Source: Eledone cirrhosa
Lineage: Eukaryota
Assembly: GCA_964016885.1 (NCBI GenBank)
Contig: OZ024741.1
Span: 408,208,001-408,272,000 of the forward strand
Length of the DNA: 64,000 nt
Direction: 5' to 3'
Notes under the pieces: generated by a model
Seen by the model: only the letters and a program-made list of their open reading frames with translations
Database searches by the model: none
What the model was told of the DNA's origin: nothing
Made by a program: the position numbers and the translations under genes
Shown: positions 55,905 through 64,000 of the stretch, one piece after another
How the letters are laid out: each line of letters opens with the position of its first letter
Numbering within the stretch: position 1 is the stretch's first letter

Positions 55905-56464
55905 TTGTGTATGCTTTAACTCCAAGGCTATTCGGGGCAATATGTACAGGGTCGCCGCAATTGGTTGAGAAACAGGTCGAAGAAAGCATGGTTCATAGTT
56001 CATCCCCCCAAAGAAGATAACTAGTAAGGAAAAGAGCTCCACTAAAAGCATTCAAACCTGTTTGATGTCCTGTTATATCAGGCGGCTGATTAAAGCTACT
56101 CCACAAGCGTGTATTCAATCGACAGATAAAAGTTAGTTATTCTGTGATTCTGCAACATTTATTGAAATTTAACTCTGTAACTACGGCATCCATTTAAATA
56201 GGTAGATTTTGTAGTTAGAAGAATGTTATATCATGTAGCTAGAAGAATGTTAGAAATTTACCTGAAATAAAATAGCCAACAATATCAGTATATTACTATT
56301 ATTATCTGATTTCTTGTCTTTCAATATCAAACAGAATTAATCTGAGAGCTTCAGAAGCCCTTAACTGACGCAAAGGAGGACATTATGCGCAAAATTAATC
56401 AATATATTCTTTAAACCTAGTTTATATGTACGTGTGGGTAGTAAACATGTGTGCAAGCCTGTGT

Positions 56465-56497
56465 GTATTTATGTACGTATGTATTTATATAAGTATG

Positions 56498-56546
<49 letters not shown>
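56465..56546. repeat. (TATG)n/(TA)n microsatellite
   Basis: Direct inspection. Confidence 0.9.
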
Positions 56547-56547
<1 letters not shown>

Positions 56548-56676
56548 AATTTTAGATTAAAACGGATTACATTTGTACCAATGATATATTTGTATATCTA
56601 TCATATTTGATATTAAAGCGACGTCAGTTACATATCTATTTGATATTAAAGAGACACCTATATATATATATATATA

Positions 56677-56817
56677 GTAATAATAATAAAATTGAAGACT
56701 AAAATCCAAAGAGGGCTCGATAAGGAAAATATATATCAAATATATAAGAACCGTAGAGCAAATATTTATTAAAATAACAGATTAAAGTTTAAGCAAAGAA
56801 TCGCTGCTTTCACCCTT
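56677..56817 (-). mobile_element. Inverted terminal fragment of the PLE pseudo-LTR (family A), broken in HHR loop II
   Basis: Reverse complement of ~61978-62122 and of 57251-57305; abuts (TA)n on the left. Confidence 0.85.
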
Positions 56818-56846
56818 TTACGTGATTTTGTCTTTGCGTGCTATTA

Positions 56847-57305
56847 ACTCTGTAGCGGAGATTCATTTGGTCTCCTAGTTTGAATTTTAGTCTACGACTT
56901 CTGCTTACCATTTACGTGATTTTGTCTTTGCGTGCTATTGTTCTCCACGCTCCACATATGACGTATTATCTTCGTTTTTTCGTTCATTGCCAGAGAGCGT
57001 CTCTATGCACCACCTAAGAGAACATTAGTCTACGACCTCTTTTATACCATAAACGTGGTTCTGTCTTTGCGCGTAATAGTTTTTCACCGCTCCTATTAAT
57101 GACGTATTATTCGTTTTTTCCCGTTCTTTGCCAGCGAACGTTACCACGAACCAAAGTATCGTCTTCCTGTCTTCCTCCGGTTGCAACATTTTTTGAAATA
57201 TCCAGTTCTGCGTTTACAGATTGACTTTGTTAGTTTCAGAAGATCCCGTTAAGGGTGAAAGCAGCGATTCTTTGCTTAAACTTTAATCTGTTATTTTAAT
57301 AAATA
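56847..57305 (+). mobile_element. PLE family A 3' UTR/pseudo-LTR copy
   Basis: Near-identical reverse complement of 57531-57989 with only a handful of differences by eye; ends in (TA)n. Confidence 0.9.
57216..57291 (+). ncRNA. Type I hammerhead-like ribozyme, family A, variant core CAGAAGA
   Basis: ACAGATTGA-ctttgtt-AGTTT CAGAAGA t-CCC-gttaa-GGG-t GAAA GCAG-cgattct-TTGC-T-T AAACT-TTAATCTGT: stems I, II and III all pair in canonical register. Confidence 0.7.
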
Positions 57306-57370
57306 TATATATATATATTGTTTACAAACGGACACAGCGGGCGTTATAATAAGCGTCCGCTAAACTGATA

Positions 57371-57394
57371 CGTACATATATGTATGTGTACCTG

Positions 57395-57456
<62 letters not shown>

Positions 57457-57532
57457 TGCTACTGTACGTCTGTATACATATATGTATGTACGTATACATA
57501 CATACTTACATATATATATATATATATATATA
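57371..57532. repeat. (TA)n/(TATG)n microsatellite between the inverted PLE tails
   Basis: Direct inspection. Confidence 0.9.
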
Positions 57533-57543
57533 TTTATTAAATA

Positions 57544-57619
57544 ACAGATTAAAGTTTAAGCAAAGAATCGCTGCTTTCACCCTTAACGGGATCTTCTGAA
57601 ACTAACAAAGTCAATCTGT
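57544..57619 (-). ncRNA. Type I hammerhead-like ribozyme, family A, in the 3' end of the RT-encoding element
   Basis: Reverse complement of 57216-57291, same CAGAAGA...GAAA core, on the sense strand of the PLE ORF. Confidence 0.7.
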
Positions 57620-58519
57620 AAACGCAGAACTGGATATTTCAAAAAACGTTGCAACCGGAGGAAGACAGGAAGACGATACTTTGGTTCGTGGTAACGTTCG
57701 CTGGCAAAGAACGGGAAAAAACGAATAATACGTCATTAATAGGAGCGGTGAAAAACTATTACGCGCAAAGACAGAACCACGTTTATGGTATAAAAGAGGT
57801 CGTAGACTAATGTTCTCTTAGGTGGTGCATAGAGACGTTCTCTGGCAATGAACGAAAAAACGAAGATAATAAGTCATATGTGGAGCGTGGAGAACAATAG
57901 CACGCAAAGACAAAACCACGTAAATGGTATAGCAGAAGTCGTAGACTAAAATTCTAACTAGGAGACCAAATGAATCTCCGCTACAGAGTAAATAAATACA
58001 ATACAGAAGTAATAGAAATAAATAAATACGTACACGCAAACAAATACGTACATACACAATCATACGCAAAACCTTAGCATAGGTATACAAAACCACGCAC
58101 ATATAAATATGTGTGTGTGTGTGTATGCTTGTGTACAAATAAATAAATAATTATATAAACGTATATAAGTAAATAAATACGTATATAACAAGCGCACACA
58201 CATACCTACATATAAATACACGAATGTTCGGAGACGTAAGTCAACTAAAACAAGAAGTACACATACACACACCCACCATACGTACGAACCTGCATACTCA
58301 CGCAGACGCAAAACTCCCGTATACACATAGCCAAACCCTAAATACCAGAATATATAAAAATTATACGCCATAACAATCAAATATACGTACGAGAAGGTAT
58401 ACATACCTTCACCAAACATACGGGTAATATATACTTACCTATGCAAATAAGTAAAGGAATAAACAAAACATATACTTAGCTCCCACATCAAGACGTAAAA
58501 TATCCACGTATAGATCGTA

Positions 58520-60294
58520 TTATCCGTTAGGGTATAACGTGGGGCTGTAATACAGGAAAGTTTTGTGCAATTTATGTTTACAAGCCGAAATTGCCTCAGA
58601 TTTTTTGTTTAAGATGTGGTCTGTGGCGTAGAGTAATTCCAGGGCCTCAGCAGAGGTCACATGGTCTTTTATTTCCGTTATACGATCTAGCCCTAGCTAG
58701 GATCTCCCAGTGTAACTTATATTGGGTGTGGTTGTCTTTTAGACTCCAGATATAAGCTGAAAGTGATGTCATATTCCTTCTTAGAGGGTAACGAAAAGAA
58801 TGGGTATGCATGTAAAGACGCTGCTTGAAACTATTGGCGGTTAACCCTATGTAGGCCCTACGGGACGTGGGTGTTACAACCTTACATTTGTAGACAATGT
58901 TACTAGAGAGGCATTTCCCGGATAGGGGGCAATCAGCCCGATTCCTACAATTACAGTTAGTACTAACTACAGGGTTGCACGTGTTCCTACGGCTAGGTAG
59001 TTTAGCTAAATTTGAAGCTGTGATGTTATGTGCAAGGTTAGGAGTCGTAGAGTAAGAAATTTTAATAGTATTTCTATTAAAAATTTTACTATATTTATGT
59101 GTAGGGGGAAAATGCTTCGTAATAAGGGAAAGAAAGATCTTAGCTAATGGTGTGGCCACCTCCATATTATATGGTGGGTTAAACCAACAAATGCGACGGG
59201 ATCTATTTCTTCTAGGTCTATTTTCGTACTCTGTATATGCTACCTTATCGACAAATCCACTTCGAGCAAGAGCTTCATTGTAATAAGTGGAATGGTCGTT
59301 GAAAATGCGCTCGTTGGTGGAAAGACGGGAAAGCCTCAACGAAACGTTTCTTACCAGGTTCTTGGTTATGCTGGCAGGATGGTTGGAATGCTTACTTATG
59401 TAATTAAGCGTATCATTCGGCTTTCTATACGGGTAATACAACCCATTCAATAAATTGAGGGTAACGTCGAGGTAATTAACGACCGAGAGATTGGCCTCAA
59501 CCTGTATAGAGAGGTTGAAGCCTTTAAAGAGGGCTGTGAGTTCTTTTCTGAACCTGTCGCAAGCACGAGGTCCGCACTTAGTCATGGTCAAAAGACCATC
59601 GTCACGGTACAAACCACCGCCGGCGTTGGGGAATTCGTCCTTTATAGAGAAAAGAAGGAAAAGGCCAATAAGATCAGTAACCTCCGCAGAGTCACTGGCG
59701 CCCATACTCACGTCGAATGGAGTACTATTGGATTTGTTAATCCAAATAGAGTCGTCGAAATTAATCACCGACTTTCGGGCATTAAGGATGACATCAACTT
59801 CGAAATCCTTAACCACTGTGTGTTTTAGCGAAATTGATAGCTCTAAGGAGAAGTGATCAAGTGGTGGAGGAGTAGTAATTGTTGATGTCGAATTGGATAA
59901 AACGGCAATGTTCCTTGTTATGTATGCCGTTGAACCAATCAATCACCGCGAAAGAATTGTTCCACAGTGCGAGAGGGGCCAAACTTCTAATTTCAGGTAT
60001 AATTCTATCAAGAATCGTTTTACTAAGTCTACCTAAATCGGACTTCGTAGGGTTAATAAGCCGAATAGAGGGGTTGTTCGGAAAATTGGATTTGTGATCC
60101 TTCAGGGTAAAGTGGGGAGAAATAGGGTCCAGAGTTTCGGTCCGGTCCAGGATGTTGAGATCAGATGTGATTTTAAACCCAGCGTCGTTGATTTCATTGA
60201 TGACGTACCGATTAGTTTTACGGTAATCCTTAGTTACAGCATTATGTAGTAGTTGATGGTAAGTACTGCGCTCCACTTGATATAGGTTGCCAGT
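58520..60294 (-). pseudogene. Disrupted PLE reverse transcriptase / GIY-YIG endonuclease polyprotein
   Basis: TLKDHK, RLINPTKS, FIQFDINNYYSS, FDVSMGASDSAE, LYRDDGL, VNYLDVTLNL, YRKPND, SNHP, WFNPPY, CNCRxxxxCPLSGKC, IVYKC...YIGLT...FKQR, CDLC. In-frame TGA at 59857-59859, frameshift at ~59815-59825 (ACAC run), frameshift at ~58648 after which EALELLYATDHILNKKSEAISACKH continues to TAA at 58520-58522. Confidence 0.92.
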
Positions 60295-60329
60295 ACAAAA
60301 CTGGCAACCTATATCAAGTGGAGCGCAGT
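60265..60329. repeat. Perfect 30-bp inverted repeat with 5-nt spacer at the PLE 5' truncation point
   Basis: ACTGCGCTCCACTTGATATAGGTTGCCAGT-acaaa-ACTGGCAACCTATATCAAGTGGAGCGCAGT. Confidence 0.95.
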
Positions 60330-60669
60330 GAAAGGAAAAGGAAAAACTAAGGGAAGTATAATTTCTTTCAAAATTTTGTAAATAAAAGCAGCTTTTCCAT
60401 TAACATTGCAACTTTTTAAGCAGAAAAATCTTTCGGAACAAACAGTCAAGCATCCATAGAGATATAGAAAAAAGTATTTTCACAAAGAAAATATCAAATC
60501 ATTTTTAATTAATAGCTATCCAATCACTCCACTTCAAAATTCTTTTTTCTATATCTCTATGGATGCTTGATGGTTTGTTCTGAAATATTTTTGTATATAT
60601 ATAAAAGGCTTGCTGAACACAAAACCCGAACCACTTGGCGTCTCGGTCGGGATTTTACATATCTATGTT

Positions 60670-60700
<31 letters not shown>

Positions 60701-60788
60701 GTAGAACACTGGAAGGTAATATCCGTAGTGGTGGAGCACTCAGTCCATGGGACGAGTTAGGTAGCAGTGGTAACACAACAGTTAGTTC

Positions 60789-60846
60789 ACCATACCGAGA
60801 ACAATTGTCTCACCTTAGCGGATCCTCAGCTCATAATGGACATGGT
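60789..60846 (-). ncRNA. Minimal type I hammerhead-like motif, family B, in a ~165-bp island between microsatellites
   Basis: Minus strand: ACCATGTC-cattat-GAG CTGAGGA t-CC-gctaa-GG-t GAGA CAATTG-T-T CTC-GGTATGGT; palindromic stem III (ACAATTGT); GAGA instead of GAAA. Confidence 0.65.
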
Positions 60847-60895
60847 TATACGGAACAGGAAGGACATATATATATATATATATATATATAATCAT

Positions 60896-60950
60896 AGAGA
60901 TATGCTCGGATCTAGCTGTCGAAACGGCCGGAGATCAGCCGTCGGGGTCC
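60896..60950 (+). other. Possible 5'-truncated hammerhead half (family D)
   Basis: AGA GATA-t-GCT...AGC-TGTC GAAA CGGC-cggagatca-GCCG-TC gives stem II, GAAA, stem III and GUC, but the CUGA part and 5' stem I are missing next to (TA)n. Confidence 0.35.
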
Positions 60951-61036
60951 TGCATCTTTTCATATTACCCACTTTACTACCCCAAGTATCGAGTACTCTG
61001 ATGGGTTATGGTCCACCTGGTATCTTACCACACCCT

Positions 61037-61041
<5 letters not shown>

Positions 61042-61104
<63 letters not shown>
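61042..61104. repeat. (TA)n microsatellite
   Basis: Direct inspection. Confidence 0.95.
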
Positions 61105-61107
<3 letters not shown>

Positions 61108-61156
61108 GAAAAAAAACGAGGCAGTTTCGTTTATATATAAAATATATTTATTGTGT

Positions 61157-61255
61157 ATCGACCTGTTACATGTGTTTCGCAGAGGATTGGCTCAACGTCA
61201 ACCATAGGAGTTATGAACACGACTGCACTATCGATCTGTTCCTCAGACTGTCGAT
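61157..61255 (-). ncRNA. Type I hammerhead-like motif with ~50-nt insert in stem II, family C
   Basis: Minus strand: ATCGAC-a-GT CTGAGGA aCAGA...TCTGc GAAA CACATG-T-A AC-ag-GTCGAT; canonical core, GUA cleavage triplet, palindromic ACATGT in stem III. Confidence 0.6.
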
Positions 61256-61663
61256 GTGACAAACAAAATATATTTTTGTTGTGGTGTGTGAGATATAAAG
61301 GTATATAGATAAGCATCGGCCCTATTTTTTGTGTGAGGGCGTATGTGGGTATTGTAGTGTAATGGGGCGGGCAGCTATGTGGGTGTATATTCACAGATAT
61401 TCGTGTGCGTGCGTGCATGTAAAGATTCGTGTGTGTAGGTGCGCGCTAGGCACGTATTGTAATGTGTTTGGACATTCGAAAGACTGGCTTTGGTGTAAAC
61501 AGGAAGCTGAAAGGGAGGGTGACCCTATTGGTGGCGGGGGGGGGGGTCACGCTCGGACCATCGTATCATTAACGACAGTTCAAGTTTTTGGCAAAAATTA
61601 AAAAAAAATTTGTTTAAGTATTGTACACATAGTTTTGTACACATAGATAATAGTGATAGAGAG

Positions 61664-61791
61664 TAATCGACAGTCTGAAGAGCAGATCGATAGTGGATTC
61701 GGGTCCATAACTCCAATCGGTGTCCTTGAGCCAATCCTCGGTGAAACAATCAATATTTTTTATATATAAACGAAACCTCTTCATTTTTTTA
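61664..61791 (+). mobile_element. Diverged inverted copy of the family C repeat (61108-61257); HHR stem III and cleavage site deleted
   Basis: ATCGACAGTCTGAAGAGCAGATCGATAGTG...TTGAGCCAATCCTCGGTGAAAC...TATATATAAACGAAAC aligns to the reverse complement of 61108-61257. Confidence 0.75.
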
Positions 61792-61857
61792 ATATATACA
61801 CTCTGTCTGTGCATAGAATGCTTGATTTCTTACCAACACCAGTAATTTACTGAATCA

Positions 61858-62119
61858 CCTAGGGAACGTCTTCACAAACCAAAGTATCGTCTTCCTGTCT
61901 TCCTTCGGTTGCAACGTTTTCGAAATATTTACTTCTGTGTTCACAGATTGATTTTTTTAGTTTCAGAAGATCCCGTTAACGGTGAAAGCAGCGATTCTTT
62001 GCTTAAACTTTAATCTGTTATTTTAATAAATATTTGCTCTAGGGTTCTTATATATTTTATTTATATTTATCCTTATCGAGCCCTCTTTGGACTTTAGTCT
62101 TCACATTTATTGTTATTAT

Positions 62120-62122
<3 letters not shown>
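61858..62122 (+). mobile_element. More diverged solo copy of the PLE family A pseudo-LTR with 3' extension
   Basis: Matches 57130-57305 and the reverse complement of 56677-56817; followed by (TA)n. Confidence 0.88.
61943..62018 (+). ncRNA. Type I hammerhead-like ribozyme, family A, third copy
   Basis: Same stems I and III and same CAGAAGA/GAAA core; differences confined to the stem I bulge and one stem II base. Confidence 0.65.
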
Positions 62123-62183
<61 letters not shown>

Positions 62184-62197
62184 GAGACATTTCTCTC

Positions 62198-62253
<56 letters not shown>
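62123..62253. repeat. Two (TA)n tracts separated by a short spacer
   Basis: Direct inspection. Confidence 0.95.
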
Positions 62254-62255
<2 letters not shown>

Positions 62256-62360
62256 CAAGATGTTTGGTAGGTCGTATGTGAATCGCGATGATCACATCTG
62301 ACCTACCAAATATGTGACGGTAGATAGTTAAGCTCTATGCGTATAAGCAGAGCAGAAATA

Positions 62361-62408
<48 letters not shown>

Positions 62409-62609
62409 GTGTGTGTGTATAGTATATAAATAAGACGTCAGATATACTCGTATATAAAAGTAACTGTTCTCTGAACTAGCTATAAATTATTCTAGATATC
62501 TCATGGGAAATTTCCTGATCTGCTCTAGTCAACTTTGGGATTATCTTGCCAAGATTTTATATGAGAATTAAAGCACAGTTAGATACAATTGTTTCTTTTA
62601 AACAATATT

Positions 62610-62925
62610 CTCTTTCTCCAACCGCAACCTGATGCAGTCTGCGACTAACCCAGGTTCTACTGCACGTCGGGCTGAGGAGGCCAAACTCTTCAAATACCGG
62701 TCACTCCCCGACTGGTTTGTGGTTGTACCCTTGGCAGTGGAGACTTCTGGTGTCCTTGGCCCTAGGACTACCTCCCTACTCACCATCATAGGCGCTGAGC
62801 TGGCCAGCCGCAGGTGTGAGCCCAGCGAGTTGGAATGGCTTTTTCAGCGCGTCTCCCTTGCCGTCCTCCGGGGAAACGCCTTCTCCATTCTGTCCGCCGG
62901 GGCAGTGGGGAGGCCACCAATATGA
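62610..62925 (+). mobile_element. 3' fragment of a CRE-clade non-LTR retrotransposon (restriction-like endonuclease C-terminus)
   Basis: ORF 62632-62925: AEEAKLFKY, PLAVETSGVLG, LFQRVSLAVLRGNA, matching the K..KY / P.AVET.G / QR.S.A.QRGNA pattern of CRE elements; GC-rich relative to flanks. Confidence 0.8.
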
Positions 62926-63214
62926 TTGACTGACTTGACAGTTTATTAGTCAGATGTTGTCTCTCTAGCTACAGCAAAGCAGGTCAATATCTTTTCTTTC
63001 TCAAATAGAATAATAGCATTAGGTGACGTTCATGCCATTCTTAATGTCACTAGATGTCTACTGTAGGAGAATGAATTTGCGCAGACATTGAATATAAGAA
63101 CACAAATATTGAAAACAAGAACTTCAAACGTGTGGTAAGAAACTCTCATGAGAGGTGGACAGCAGAAGGTCTTCAGAGACGGACCCTCCGCCTCCTTAAG
63201 CAAGTATTTCTGTT

Positions 63215-63670
63215 AATTTTCATGTTGGGACTTCATCAGAAATGACTCAATCCCACCGATGTTGAGATTCTGTCAAAAAGTGTATAACCACAGATTCAGT
63301 GAAAACAATGTTTGGAGAAGATATAAAGCTTGTAAATGTGGTTGCGATAAAGTGTCAATGATTCCGAGCCTTATCAAAGTGTTGTCAGTACCACTACACG
63401 ATAATTTGACAACCCATAGAAAATGTGTAGTTTCCCAAAGGCCTCAGTTGCTTTAGAGATGCGTTTGACGATCTCATCATCTAGGGACACAGAACTACTC
63501 ACCTTACTACTCATAATTTAGATCCTTGTTATCAACAGTGGAACATGTAGATGCCCGATCCCCGGCCGTCCTTGACCAACATCAACTTGTTTGACCTTGG
63601 TTGGCCTTGGTTGACGTACAAGGACAGCCTTCTTGAAACTGATTGTTAAACCAAACACAGTGTGTTCACT
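63215..63670 (-). mobile_element. Degraded RTE-clade LINE fragment (RT C-terminal region)
   Basis: Broken minus-strand frames give FGLTISFKK, LDDEIVKRISKATEAFGKL, YRVVVLTTL**GSESLTLYRNHI, resembling RTE/BovB-type motifs. Confidence 0.7.
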
Positions 63671-63789
63671 TTTTACTCGAAGATACGTTCGTGAACGCGG
63701 CGCGTAAAGCAAGTTCGCGTAATTCAAGTCTAATTAAAAGAAAATTAAAAATCACATGTTATAGCGAATAATAATATACGAATGAATAT

Positions 63790-63979
63790 TTAATAATCGT
63801 TTCTACTTTGGACACAAGGCCAGCAATTATCCCAGTGGATTACTGGTACTTTATTTTATCGACCCGTAAGAATGAAAGACAAAGTTAACCGCGGCGGGAT
63901 TTGAACTCATGCGGTAAAGGGCTGTAACTCTATGCTGCAAAGTATGGCGTCCGACCATCTACCGATACTGTCAATACAC
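63790..63979 (-). mobile_element. Second copy of the tRNA-derived Meta/MESC-like SINE
   Basis: Colinear with 39716-39900 (GACACAAGGCCAGCAATT...CTGGTACTTTATTTTATCGACCC...GGCGGGATTTGAACTCA...CTACCGATACTG). Confidence 0.88.
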
Positions 63980-64000
63980 TTCCTTTCAAGAGGCGTTAAA

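Larger units (their letters stand above)
57531..60294 (-). mobile_element. 5'-truncated Penelope-like retroelement (Naiad-like: RT followed by GIY-YIG) with ~1-kb 3' UTR/pseudo-LTR
   Basis: RT and GIY-YIG motifs in the ORF remnants; GT-rich 3' UTR; HHR fold near the 3' end; terminates in (TA)n. Confidence 0.92.

Noticed and set aside
57384-58419. ORFs rich in Y/I/V/C
   Set aside because: They derive from (TA)n and the GT-rich PLE 3' UTR
58647-58649. TGA after CDLC as a selenocysteine codon (some Naiad elements encode selenoproteins)
   Set aside because: The conserved C-terminus (E...LNKKSE...CKH) continues in a different frame, so the TGA is created by a small frameshift
59857-59859. In-frame TGA in the RT as selenocysteine
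   Set aside because: The position is not an expected Cys site, a frameshift follows within ~40 nt, and I could not see a convincing SECIS; a nonsense mutation is simpler. A family consensus would settle it
59491-60097. Plus-strand ORFs of 121 and 72 aa
   Set aside because: Antisense shadows of the RT frame with no recognisable motifs
60621-60657. Hairpin AAAACCCGAACC...GGTCGGGATTTT as another hammerhead remnant
   Set aside because: No CUGANGA box or stem II on either strand

Overview
Eukaryotic, gene-free, repeat-dominated window; the SINE family suggests a mollusc, probably an octopod cephalopod (inference). 1-~38.9 kb is a G/T-rich 40-bp satellite with multi-kb higher-order structure. ~40.4-55.0 kb is a 64-bp satellite, flanked by two oppositely oriented mariner-type MITEs; the left one carries a tRNA-derived SINE with a 14-bp TSD. 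56.5-62.4 kb is a (TA)n-rich cluster of Penelope-like element (PLE) insertions. It holds one 5'-truncated, frameshifted RT + GIY-YIG element (Naiad-like) and several pseudo-LTR copies. Hand folding finds type I hammerhead-ribozyme (HHR) motifs from 3-4 distinct families, including a non-canonical CAGAAGA core shared by three copies. The window ends with CRE-like and RTE-like LINE fragments and a second SINE. No intact host gene was seen. All folds and alignments were done by eye.
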